Positions 28,610 to 39,400 of a stretch of DNA of 64,000 bases are shown here, in pieces (position 1 is the stretch's first letter; every line of letters starts with the position of its first letter). The notes beneath the pieces are model-generated. The model saw only the letters and a list, made by a program, of their open reading frames with translations. It was not told the origin of the DNA and searched no databases. This DNA is from a virus (lineage: Duplodnaviria; Caudoviricetes): positions 8,873-72,872 of the IMG/VR virus record IMGVR_UViG_2603880214_000004. One strand, written 5' to 3'. A program made the translations under genes and the position numbers.

Positions 28610-28991
28610 AGCCGCTGTTATGGCGAGACATTTGGCTGCAAAGAAAGCAGCTCATACTGCTATTGGTCAATTTGTATCTTCTAAAGCTAAATTACTTGCT
28701 GCTGTAGACACTGGCAATCTAAGAAGAAGCATTAGTTCTAAAGCAGAGCAAGAAAAAGTTGTTATCGGTACTTCTGCTGATCATGGAATTTATGTTGAGA
28801 AAGGAACAGGAATTTATGCTGTAGACGGTGATGGGCGTAAAACTCCTTGGATGTACCGTGACCCTAAAACAGGGAAGATGGTTAAAATTCAAGGGCAACA
28901 TGCACAGCCTTTTCTTAGACCAGCAGCAGAGAGCAATAAACCGCAAATTACACAAGTTGGCACGCGAACCTATTCGTCGTTAATGAGGTAG
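28584..28991 (+). CDS. HK97 gp10-like tail completion protein
   Basis: VDTGNLRRSI, YVEKGT, AQPFLRPA. Confidence 0.88.
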   Translation: MSVKFQSNRAAVMARHLAAKKAAHTAIGQFVSSKAKLLAAVDTGNLRRSISSKAEQEKVVIGTSADHGIYVEKGTGIYAVDGDGRKTPWMYRDPKTGKMVKIQGQHAQPFLRPAAESNKPQITQVGTRTYSSLMR

Positions 28992-28996
28992 ATAGC

Positions 28997-29359
28997 ATGA
29001 ATGACTTTATAAATATATTACACAGTGAATTAAAACAGATTCATAAAGAAACGTATTATGAAATCGCTAAAACAACGGCTGAAATGCCTTATCTGGTATT
29101 CACGGTAAATGATGACAAAGAACCATGGGGACGAAAGAATATCATGCTTACAATTGATATTTACGGCACTTCCGCTCATCTTAGTAAAATAGATGAACTG
29201 ATTATGAAGCTAGAAAACAATCTTCATAGAAAAAGGTTAAGCAGTGCTGAATTTGGTGCTGCTATTTCTTATCTTTCGAGTCAGAAAGTACCTGATCCAG
29301 ACCCGAATATCAGACGTAAAGAAGTGCGGTTCATTTTAAGAACTTATTTTAAACAATAG
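28997..29359 (+). CDS. Tail terminator protein
   Basis: PYLVF motif; synteny. Confidence 0.7.
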   Translation: MNDFINILHSELKQIHKETYYEIAKTTAEMPYLVFTVNDDKEPWGRKNIMLTIDIYGTSAHLSKIDELIMKLENNLHRKRLSSAEFGAAISYLSSQKVPDPDPNIRRKEVRFILRTYFKQ

Positions 29360-29373
29360 AAAGGGTTGATTAT

Positions 29374-29967
29374 ATGGCAGCTCCACAACCAAAACCAGAG
29401 AATGTCCTATTCGGAGATTGGGGTGCATTCTTCTTTAATTATGGAGAAAAAGACGAACTACCTGTAGGTGCTACACAAGGCGGTGGCTCATTTAAATACG
29501 AACCAGAGTTTAAAGAAATTGAATATGATGGTTCTCCTGGTGACACTATGGGGATGAAACGTATTACAAAATCAAAAACTCAAATTAGTTTTAAGACACT
29601 TGAATTTTTGGATAAAGAAAAAATCAAAAACTTTATTGCTGGTTTAAAAGTATCAGAAGAGACTGTTACAAAAGACGGGAAAACAATTAAGTACGACGTG
29701 ATCGAAGCTACAGAACGTCTAACAAAAGATAGCTATCTTAAAAACGTAGCATGGGTTGGCGAAACTTTAGGTGGAGATATCGTTGAAATTATCGTATATA
29801 ACGCATTATCTGACGGTTCATTAGAGCTAGGATTTGAAAACGAAAGTGAAGTTGTTCCAGAAGTGACATTCACAGGACATCGTGATCCAGAAAACATTCG
29901 AAAAGTACCATGGAAAAAACGTATTTTAACAGCAACAGAAGCAGCTAAATTAATACCAGCAGGTTAA
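29374..29967 (+). CDS. Major tail protein
   Basis: GATQGG, EYDG; synteny; downstream hairpin. Confidence 0.8.
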   Translation: MAAPQPKPENVLFGDWGAFFFNYGEKDELPVGATQGGGSFKYEPEFKEIEYDGSPGDTMGMKRITKSKTQISFKTLEFLDKEKIKNFIAGLKVSEETVTKDGKTIKYDVIEATERLTKDSYLKNVAWVGETLGGDIVEIIVYNALSDGSLELGFENESEVVPEVTFTGHRDPENIRKVPWKKRILTATEAAKLIPAG

Positions 29968-30013
29968 AGAGTAGGGATAATCCCTGCTCTTTTTATTTTA
30001 AGGAGGAATAAAT

Positions 30014-30442
30014 ATGACTATTGCAATTCAAGAAAAAGAATATAAAGTGAGACAAATTCATGGTGGAGATTTATTTTCTGTAGTTCGTATTTTGAAGAAA
30101 TCGAAATTCAAGGTTGATATTAATTTACTTAAAGATTTAATGATGGGCGTACGAAATAAAGAAGGGGCAACACAAGCTGATGTATTAGCTGCACAAGAGA
30201 CTTTTGGTTACGACATTATCATGAAGTTTATTTTCGGATTAGAAGAAGCGGAACAGGAATTCTTTGAATTTGTAGCTGGACTTTTAGTCCATGAAGGTGA
30301 AAAAGGTAAAAAAACATCTCCAGATTGGGAAACAATACGAACTTTAAATCTAGAAGAGTTAGTTAAGCTGTTTACTGCAATCAAAGATTCAGAAGTTGGA
30401 TTGGTTAAACTTTTTTCCAATGCGGTGAACTTGATGAAATAG
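30014..30442 (+). CDS. Tail assembly chaperone (G)
   Basis: Between the major tail and tape measure genes. Confidence 0.8.
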   Translation: MTIAIQEKEYKVRQIHGGDLFSVVRILKKSKFKVDINLLKDLMMGVRNKEGATQADVLAAQETFGYDIIMKFIFGLEEAEQEFFEFVAGLLVHEGEKGKKTSPDWETIRTLNLEELVKLFTAIKDSEVGLVKLFSNAVNLMK

Positions 30443-30753
30443 ACTTCATCGATACGTTAGCTTCTCGTTATCCAAACATGGAGTACATACGTGGCTTGGA
30501 GGCCGAGATAGTTATTAATCTGTATCTCACCGCAAAGAAAAAAGAAATGAATCGTATGTTATGGGAGGAATGGTGCGCGCTACAACCGTACTGCGATGAA
30601 ACATTTCCTCAATTTAAACATAAGCGTGAAAATCCTACGCAAGAACAGGTGCATCAATATAACAATTCAATTGAACAAACACCGAAACAGAAACTCACAA
30701 AAGAAGAAGTGTTTGCTTGTGTTGCGAAAATCCGCGGAAAGGCTGGTGAATAG
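30410..30753 (+). CDS. Tail assembly chaperone -1 frameshift extension (GT)
   Basis: Slippery CTTTTTTC at 30410-30417; the -1 frame reads FQCGELDEIDFIDTLASRYPN and joins ORF 30478-30753. Confidence 0.75.
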
Positions 30754-31251
30754 ATGGAACTCTTTAAAATGTTTGGGTCAATCTTCTTAAAGGATGATCA
30801 GTTACAAAGGGGATTGACTAATGCTGAAAGAAGCGGACAAAGAACAACTGGCATCTTAGGACGCGGATTCGGTCAGGTTGGACAAGCAGCAGTAGGATTA
30901 GGTTCATCCGTTGGTGGAGCTGCTATAGCTTTGGGGGGATTAGTGGGCATTGCTGTTGGTGTAGGTGCTGCAATTGCTGGTGTAGTTCATGTGGGTTCTG
31001 AGTACACGAAACAAATGTCAAAGGTAGAAGCTCTTTCACGTTCGAATGGATTACAAATGGCCGAACTTGGAGCTAACGCTCGTAAGCTTGGTGCTGATAC
31101 CAGGTGGTCTGCTACAAACGTAGCTGAAGCCTATGAATATATGGCCCTCGCAGGTTGGGACTCTAACCAAATGATTGCTGCTAGTAAGCCATTACTTGAT
31201 TTAGCAACTGCTGGTGCATTAGATCTTGCAAAGGCTTCTGATATCGTGACT
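30754..31251 (+). CDS. Tape measure protein, exon 1 (166 codons)
   Basis: MELFK..AYEYMALAGW..DLAKASDIVT; continues in frame into exon 2 after splicing. Confidence 0.9.
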
Positions 31252-32559
31252 AAAATATTGGTCAGTTGTTAGGAAACTAGCTTCTAAAAATATCGGGTGA
31301 ATTCATGGGAAATCTAAATTTATCGGTAATTGATACTATGACTCCCTTTTCGGTATAATTAATACATACCAATGAAAGGGGACGGCATCAAATGAATAAG
31401 CATGCAATAAATTTCATCAACTTTATTAACGAGGAAACTAATGGGGAATATACCGTATTAGGTGACTACGTTAACTCCTCTACTAAACTGGAAATGAAAC
31501 ATGAGAAATGTGGACTTATCTATGATGTACGTCCTAATGATTTTAAAAGTGGTTGTAGGTGTCCTGAATGTGCAAATATAGGGAGAAAAACCAAACGAAG
31601 AAAGACTACATTCTCCGAAGAGGTTAAATCATTAGTGGGTGATGAATACATTTTTTTAGATGTTTATGTAAATTACCACACAAAGTTGAAGGTAAAGCAT
31701 AAGAATTGCGAGGAAGTATATGAGGTAAGTCCTGCTAACTTCCTAAAAGGAAAGAGATGTCCATCATGTTCTATAATCAAGCGATCTAGAAAACGAGCCA
31801 AGACTACAGAGGAAGTCAGGAAAGAAATATATGACTTAGTCGGTAATGATTACACCATTATAGGAGAGTATAGAAACTATGTAACTCCTATCACTATTAA
31901 GCACAACAAATGTGGTCATGAATATTTTGTAACCGCAGGAAACTTTATATCTCATGGAAAGAGATGCCCAAAATGTAAATTTAGTAGGGGAGAAAAACGT
32001 GTGAGGGACTATCTAGAATCTCATAAATATAAATTTGATGAACAATATAGATTCTCTGATTGTAAACTGTCTCTACCATTGCCATTTGATTTTGTTATTT
32101 TTAACGAGGAAGGTAACATAACACATGCGATTGAATACGATGGAGAATTTCATTTTCATAAGAAGTTTAGGTCTAACGAGCAGTTCGAATTGCAGAAAGT
32201 TAGAGATGAAAAGAAGAACGTTTACTGTAGGGAAAAGAAGATTAAACTTATCCGGATACATTATAAACACTTCGAAAATATTGAAAAGATACTTGATGCT
32301 AAATTACCGTAAATAAGACAATCATGAGCCAAGCCTGTGTGGAAACACTAGGAAGGTGCAACGACTAGATAAAGTAAGCTAAGTAAAAAAGACACTCAAA
32401 AGGGGGTCTTTTTTATATGCAGAAATATCCAAGAGCGCCCGACACCCTAACGTAAAGTCGAGGGTGAAGATATAGTCTGAACTGGGGATGAAAAGACATC
32501 CCGTAATGCGGTGAAAACCCCAGAAGTATCAGATAAAGAGCTGATACGATAACAAATTG
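31252..32559 (+). mobile_element. Group I self-splicing intron (1308 nt) in the tape measure gene
   Basis: 5' exon ends in U pairing with G in P1 (tgact/ggtca); P AATTCATGGGAA, Q AATCATGAGCCAAG, R GCAACGACTAG, S AAGATATAGTCT; ends in G before GAT. Confidence 0.9.
31392..32312 (+). CDS. Intron-encoded homing endonuclease candidate: three Zn-ribbon repeats plus Vsr-like PD-(D/E)xK domain
   Basis: H..CG...F..G.RCP.C three times; FDF...IEYDGEFH...RDEKKN..C...IKLIRI. Confidence 0.82.
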   Translation: MNKHAINFINFINEETNGEYTVLGDYVNSSTKLEMKHEKCGLIYDVRPNDFKSGCRCPECANIGRKTKRRKTTFSEEVKSLVGDEYIFLDVYVNYHTKLKVKHKNCEEVYEVSPANFLKGKRCPSCSIIKRSRKRAKTTEEVRKEIYDLVGNDYTIIGEYRNYVTPITIKHNKCGHEYFVTAGNFISHGKRCPKCKFSRGEKRVRDYLESHKYKFDEQYRFSDCKLSLPLPFDFVIFNEEGNITHAIEYDGEFHFHKKFRSNEQFELQKVRDEKKNVYCREKKIKLIRIHYKHFENIEKILDAKLP

Positions 32560-35001
32560 GATACAATGACCCCATTCGGAATGAAGGCTTCTGAAGCAGG
32601 AAGAGCAGCCGATGTATTCGCGTTAGCCCAAGCGACTGCCAACTTAAATGTTGAACAACTCGGCGAGACCATGAAATATGCAGCTCCTGTAGCTGCTACA
32701 TTCGGTTTAAACATTGAACAAACAGCTGCAATTGCTCAGATATTTGCAAATAACGGTATCAAAGCTTCTATGGCTGGTACTGCATTACGTGCCGGATTAT
32801 CTCGTTTAGCTGCCCCGCCGAAAGAAGCTGCTAAATCGTTATCAGCATTAAATGTAACTGTAAAGGATTCACAAGGTAATTTAAAACCAATGAATGAGAT
32901 TATTGGTCAATTACACGATGGGTTTGGGAAGTTAACCGACGCTCAACAAATCGCTGCTGCAAAAGCAATCTTCGGTGAAGAAGCGTATGCAGGATGGATC
33001 CAAGTTATTAAAGGTGGTAAACCTGCCTTTGATGATATGGTAAATACCCTCGAAACTGCTGAAGGCTCTGCAAAGGTTATGGCTGAAACAATGGCAAATA
33101 ACTTATCAGGTGCAGTTGATGGCGTTAAATCACAATTAGAAAATTTAGGGCTTGTTGTTTTCTCGCATGTTGAACCAGCACTTGTTGCAATGACAAACGG
33201 AACAAATAGTGCTGTTAAATCTCTTACTGACTGGCTTGATCCATCTGGTAGAGCTGTTGAAGCAGCTAAGCTAATGCAACAAACTGATCAGCAGTTAGCT
33301 CAATCTAAAGCCATTCTTGATATGAATCTCAAAAAAGGGAAGATAACGCAAGAAGAGTATAATGAAAAACTTGCTTTATCTAAGAAGCACGCTGAAGATA
33401 TGATGAATGCCGATGGTATGTTAGCTCAGAAAAAAGAAGAGTTAAAAATGAAGGTCGAGGAAGGGACCATGACTCAAGAAGAAGCCAATAAAATCCTCGA
33501 CCAATCTGAAGTTGAATACCAGAAACTCCAACAGGGTATTGAGCAAACTCGTCAACGTCAAGAAGCGATGAATAAAGTATTCGAACCACTTCGTGATGCA
33601 ATTGGAATCATCCAACAAGTTGGCGCTGCTATCGAGCAATTCTGGATTGCTGCAACTGGAGATAGGAATGCGCTAGTTGAAGGGTATGACATCCTTACTA
33701 AACTAGGTTTTTCGGCTAATGCAATTCAGTTTATACAAGAAACTACAGCCGCAGTGCAATATGGTGTAGAAACTATGAAAGCTCTCGTATCTGGTGATTG
33801 GGGAGCTGCTAGTAATTTCTTAGATAAGTTAGGTTTTTCACCTGAACAAAAAGCAGATATTATTATGTTCGTTCAGGATGTGCACGCTCAATTGAGTAGT
33901 TTCATAGAAAATGTACAAGCCTTGATAGTAGCGCAAGCACCAGTAATTATGGGAATAATTGGCGCTACTTGGGACTTTATTAAAGGTGTATTCAATACAA
34001 TAGCTCCTTACTTAATGCCTTTACTGACAGATGTAATGTCGTTTGTAAATGGGATTATATCTCAAATCACTTCGTTTTGGAAAGAAAACGGAGATCAAAT
34101 TGTACAAGCTGTAAAAAATGCCTTCTCAATCATTCAATCTATTATAGCTTTTGTAATGCCAGCTGTAATGATGATTGTAAAAAGCGCATGGGACGCTATA
34201 AAAGATATTATCCAGGGTGCTGTTAATCTCATTATGGGAATTATCAAGTTTTTCGCATCTGTTTTAACTGGTGATTTCTCCGGAATGTGGACAGGGATAA
34301 AACAAATTTTCAGTGGTGCAATCCAATTAATCTGGGGGCTTATCCAATTTTCGTTTGTTAAACAAATTTTTGGTGCAGTGAAAGGGCTTGCATCTTCTTT
34401 TGGCTCTACGATTAGTAGCATGTGGTCTACTGTTGTTGGATATTTCAAGACATTTATTAAGGAACCAATCGCTTCTGTAGTTCGTATGGCAATTGATATA
34501 GGTGAAGCTGCTATGAAAATTAAAGACAAACTGATTAATCCTATTAAAGAAGCTTGGAGTGGAATTATGGGATGGATTGATAAAATTAAAAACGGCGTAG
34601 CAAATATGTTTAGTGGTATTCACATTCCTGTTCCGAAAATTAGTGTAAATGGATCACTAAATCCTGTTAATTGGGCAAGTGAAGGTTTACCATCTTTCAG
34701 TGTTAAGTGGGCTGCAAACGGCGCTTTAATTAAACCTGGTAACCCTACATTAATCGGCGTTGGGGATGCACGAGGATATGACGAAACGGTTTTACCGCTG
34801 CGAAAACAAACCTTCGATGCAATTGCTAACGGAATAATGGGGTCGCTACCATTAACCCAACAAGCTGGAGCGCAACAATATGCATCACAAGGCCCTACTA
34901 TTTTGCAAGTTAATTTAAACGGCATAGAAATAGCAAAGGAAATCTACTCAGATGTTAGCAAGTTTCAAGAAAGCGAGAAAGAAAGATTGAAAGTATTTTA
35001 G
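32560..35001 (+). CDS. Tape measure protein, exon 2 (spliced product 979 aa)
   Basis: DTMTPFG..GETMKYAAP..GIKASMAGTALR TP901-type core; W/F-periodic helical repeats. Confidence 0.92.
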   Translation, partial: DTMTPFGMKASEAGRAADVFALAQATANLNVEQLGETMKYAAPVAATFGLNIEQTAAIAQIFANNGIKASMAGTALRAGLSRLAAPPKEAAKSLSALNVTVKDSQGNLKPMNEIIGQLHDGFGKLTDAQQIAAAKAIFGEEAYAGWIQVIKGGKPAFDDMVNTLETAEGSAKVMAETMANNLSGAVDGVKSQLENLGLVVFSHVEPALVAMTNGTNSAVKSLTDWLDPSGRAVEAAKLMQQTDQQLAQSKAILDMNLKKGKITQEEYNEKLALSKKHAEDMMNADGMLAQKKEELKMKVEEGTMTQEEANKILDQSEVEYQKLQQGIEQTRQRQEAMNKVFEPLRDAIGIIQQVGAAIEQFWIAATGDRNALVEGYDILTKLGFSANAIQFIQETTAAVQYGVETMKALVSGDWGAASNFLDKLGFSPEQKADIIMFVQDVHAQLSSFIENVQALIVAQAPVIMGIIGATWDFIKGVFNTIAPYLMPLLTDVMSFVNGIISQITSFWKENGDQIVQAVKNAFSIIQSIIAFVMPAVMMIVKSAWDAIKDIIQGAVNLIMGIIKFFASVLTGDFSGMWTGIKQIFSGAIQLIWGLIQFSFVKQIFGAVKGLASSFGSTISSMWSTVVGYFKTFIKEPIASVVRMAIDIGEAAMKIKDKLINPIKEAWSGIMGWIDKIKNGVANMFSGIHIPVPKISVNGSLNPVNWASEGLPSFSVKWAANGALIKPGNPTLIGVGDARGYDETVLPLRKQTFDAIANGIMGSLPLTQQAGAQQYASQGPTILQVNLNGIEIAKEIYSDVSKFQESEKERLKVF

Positions 35002-35013
35002 GTAGGTGATGAT

Positions 35014-36480
35014 ATGACTGGAATCAGTTTCTTTAGTTTTAACGGGAAAAGAAATCCAAATGTAATCCCATTGCAGGGTAAAAAACGCCCTGCATGGGCT
35101 CCTTTGGAACGTACATTCCTTGAAGTCCCTCACTATCCAGGTGGGCGTTTGATAAGAACACAAACAAAAATGAGAAAAATAATTGTACCAGTTTCATTAT
35201 TTTATGAATCTATGGAAGAGGCAGAAAAGTTAAAGGAAGAAATAGCTAATTGGCTTATTACAGGCCAACCTCAAGAACTGATCTTTGATGATGAAAAAGA
35301 TCGCACGTATTTGGCTCTTATTGATGAATCGTTTGACCCACAGCAATTAGTGAATTTAGGAGAAGGAGTCCTTACTTTTGTTTGTGAAATGCCATATAAG
35401 TTAGGACCTACTAAAACGGTAGAATTTGAAATGGATGGACGTGGGTTAATAGCAAATGTTCAAAATAAAGGAACGGTTCATTCAGAGCCAATTATTGAAA
35501 TTGAAGTTGCGAATCCATCTACATTTTTAGATGTCTGGAATAAAGATGAATACCTCAGAATTGGTTATCCCCTTCAAGCTGATCAGTTACCTGTAGAAAG
35601 AAAACAAAGAGTAATGTGGGATCAAATGTCTACTACAGTAGGATGGACAAGTGTATCGCAGTTTGAAAACACTAAAGGTGGAGGTGCATTAAAATCTAAC
35701 GGACATCAATTCTATGTAGAAGATTATGGCGATACGAACTACAAAGGGAATCATGGGGCGATTGTTAAAAAGAGCATTCCTGGAGGACCATTACAAGATT
35801 TTATAATGGATGCTTATGCTAGATTCAATTGTAGTAGTTATGTACAAATGGGACAAGTAGAAGTGGCCCTACTTGATGAGAATAGTAAACCTGTAGTCCG
35901 ACTGTCACTAAGCGATGTATTTTGGGAGGCTGAAGAAACATTTGGCGTTGCCAAGATTGCTTATCCAGGGCATCAAGCAGAACAAGTAATGCTCTATACA
36001 CGCGGTATGCATCCTTGGACGTGGAATAATTTTTATGGAAAGTTATGTGTGCATCGCATTGGAAATGAATGGGAGTTTTATATTGCAAAATTTGCTGATG
36101 GAACTGAGATTGATGATGCTGGAGCAAAAGCTCATTGGGTAGACAAAGATGGGATTTTGATGAATAAAGTTGCACAGGTGCAAATTTCTATCTGTCAATG
36201 GTGGAACAATAATCCGGCTGTACTCATGACAGTTGATGATATTAAGATTTGGAAAGTTAACCAAAATACAAGTAATAATCCTCCTTATATTGTTGAGAAA
36301 GGAGATAAAGTGCAAATCGATACAGCTAAAAGTCTAATTAGTATTAATGGTACAAGTGCAATTAATCTGAAGGACTTATTTAGTGATTATCCTAAAATAA
36401 CTAAGGACCAGAATAAACTTGAAATTATGCCATCTAACATAGGGATAGCAAAGGTAACATATAGGGAGCGATTTAGATGA
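35014..36480 (+). CDS. Distal tail protein (Dit) with inserted domain
   Basis: SFNG, ELIFDDEKDRTY, F.CEMPYK; synteny. Confidence 0.87.
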   Translation: MTGISFFSFNGKRNPNVIPLQGKKRPAWAPLERTFLEVPHYPGGRLIRTQTKMRKIIVPVSLFYESMEEAEKLKEEIANWLITGQPQELIFDDEKDRTYLALIDESFDPQQLVNLGEGVLTFVCEMPYKLGPTKTVEFEMDGRGLIANVQNKGTVHSEPIIEIEVANPSTFLDVWNKDEYLRIGYPLQADQLPVERKQRVMWDQMSTTVGWTSVSQFENTKGGGALKSNGHQFYVEDYGDTNYKGNHGAIVKKSIPGGPLQDFIMDAYARFNCSSYVQMGQVEVALLDENSKPVVRLSLSDVFWEAEETFGVAKIAYPGHQAEQVMLYTRGMHPWTWNNFYGKLCVHRIGNEWEFYIAKFADGTEIDDAGAKAHWVDKDGILMNKVAQVQISICQWWNNNPAVLMTVDDIKIWKVNQNTSNNPPYIVEKGDKVQIDTAKSLISINGTSAINLKDLFSDYPKITKDQNKLEIMPSNIGIAKVTYRERFR

Positions 36481-39400
36481 GAACTCCAAGCGGAATACTT
36501 CATGTTGTTGATTTTAAAACAGATCAAATTATAGCAGCTATTCAACCAAAGGACTACTGGGCTGATAACCGTCATTGGGAAATCAAAAATAACATTGATA
36601 TGTTAGAATTCAAAACTTTTGACGGCACTCCACATGCAGTTACATTACAGCAACAGAACTTGGTTTTAAAGGAAGTACGAGATGGTCGAATTGTTCCGTA
36701 TGTTATTAACAATGAAGTAGAAAAAGATTCAAATGATAGATCATTAACTGTACACTCGTCTGGTGCCTGGGTTCAAATAGCGAAAGATGGGATTATTAAA
36801 CCTCAACGTATAGAGAGCGAAACAGTTAATACGTTTATTGATATCGCTCTTGCCGATTCAAAATGGCAACGTGGAATAACGGATTATTCTTCATTCCACA
36901 GTATGACTATCGATGAATTTATCGATCCTCTCACTTTTTTAAAGAAAATTGCTTCTTTGTTTGAGTTAGAAATCCGATATCGCGTCGAAATAATGGGTTC
37001 CAAGATTACTGGCTGGTACGTAGATATGATAAAGAAGCGAGGTCGAGAAACTGGCAAGGAAGTAACTCTAGGAAAAGATTTAGTTGAGGTTAGAAGAATT
37101 GAACATTCTAGAGATGTTTGCACAGCACTTGTCGGTTTTGTACGAGGTGAAGGTGACAAACTTATCACGGTGGAGAGCATAAATAAAGGACTACCTTACA
37201 TCGTCGATAATGACGCATTTCAGCGATGGAATCAGCACGGGAAACATAAATTTGGTTTCTATACACCAGAAACATCAGACCAAGATATGACTCCAGAGCG
37301 GCTTATGACTCTCATGAAAACAGAATTAAGGAAACGAGTCAATACTTCCGTTTCTTATGTAGTAGAAGCACAATCGATTGGACGTATTTTCGGACTAGCA
37401 CATGAACTAATTAACGAGGGCGATACGATCCGAATCAAAGATACAGGATTCACACCTAAGTTATACCTTGAAGCACGTGTAATTGCTGGTGATGAATCTT
37501 TTACGGACCCTACACAAGATAAATATGTGTTTGGTGATTATCGCGAAATTACTGATCCAAACGAAGAACTACGAAAAATTTACAATCGAATCTTAGGGGC
37601 ATTAGGCAATAAACAAGAGCTAATAGATCAGTTAGATAAATTAGTAAAAGATGCAAATGAAACAGCTAGTAATGCTAAGAAAGAATCCGAAGCAGCGAAA
37701 ACACTGGCTGAAAAAGTGCAAGAGAATCTTAAAAATAACACGGTAGACATCATTGAAGCTAAGAATCCACCGACAACAGGACTTAAGCCTAATAAAACAC
37801 TTTGGCTTGATATTAGTAATGGAAAGCCTGGTATTTTAAAAATATGGACAGGTATAGCTTGGGAATCGGTTGTACCAGATGTTGAATCAGTTAAGAAAGA
37901 AACACTTGAGCAGGTTAATAAAGATATTGAATCAACAAAAACAGAATTAAATCAAAAGGTTCAAGAGACACAAAATCAGGCGACGGGACAATTCAACGAA
38001 ATAAAGAAAAGTTTACAAGGTGTCAACCGTACAATTTCTAATATTGAAAATAAACAAGGTGAAATTGATAAGAAAGTAACTAAGTTTGAACAGGATTCTA
38101 ATGGATTTAAAACTTCTATTGAATCATTAACGAAAAAAGATACTGAAATTAGTAATAAATTAAATACTGTCGAATCAAATGCGGAAGGTACAAAAAGGGC
38201 TATTTCTGATGTGCAACAAACAACAAGTGAACTAAAGAAAACAACTACTGAAATAGAAGAAAAAGCTGGGAAAATCAGTGAGAAGTTAACGAATGTAGAA
38301 ACAAAGGTTAATAGTGATAAAACTGGTGGACGTAACCTTTTATTAAAATCAAATGTTAAATATGAAAAAACAGACTATCTAATCAATCAATATTCTCTAA
38401 CTGAAAATTTCTTTGCGGGTGAGGAATATACCTTTGTAATTAAAGGAAGTGTCCCACAAGGGCAGAAATTTGGAATTTGGCAGAATGGTGGGGCTAGCAA
38501 TGTTGGATATGCAACAAGTGTTTACGCTAATGGAATAACTTATCTAACCTTTAAAGCTGTTGTGGCTACAAGTGGAAATGAACGAAAGTTAAGCTTATAT
38601 AACTATCCGAGTAGTACTACGAAATCTATTGTGGAATGGGTTGCCTTGTATAAAGGGAATAAGCCGCAGGATTGGACGGCACCGCCTGAAGAGCAGGTAA
38701 CAACAGATGAATTTACCAAGAAAACAACTGAGATTGAAAAAAGTGTGGATGTCGTAAAAAACACTGTAACCAGTGTTCAAAATAGCCAGGCTGGATTCGA
38801 AAAGCGTATGACTACAGTAGAGCAAACAACAACGGGGTTATCTTCCACAGTGAGCAATTTAAATAACGTAGTATCAGATCAAGGAAAAAAGCTTACTGAA
38901 GCAAATTCAAAACTCGAACAACAGGCAACAGCAATTGGAGCGAAAGTTGAGCTTAAACAAGTAGAGAATTATGTTGCTGGATTTAAGATACCTGAGTTGA
39001 AGCAAATCGTTGATAAAAATAAACAAGATTTGTTGGGCGAATTAGCTAACAAACTTGCAACTGAGCAATTTAATCAAAAAATGACTTTGATTGATAACCG
39101 CTTTACTATCAATGAACAGGGAATCAATGCTTCAGCCAAAAAGACAGAGGTATATACAAAAGATCAAGCAAATGGGCAATTTGCCACATCATCTTACGTA
39201 AGAGATATGGAAACCCGTCTCCAGTTAACTGAAAAGGGCGTTAGTATATCTGTAAAAGAAAATGATGTAATCGCAGCTTTCAATATGAGTAAAGAAAACA
39301 TTACTTTGAATGCAAACAGAATTAACTTAGTAGGTTTTATTACAGCAAATCATATCAAAGGAAAAGTTTTAGAAGGGGTAACACTTAAAACGAGTGGAAA

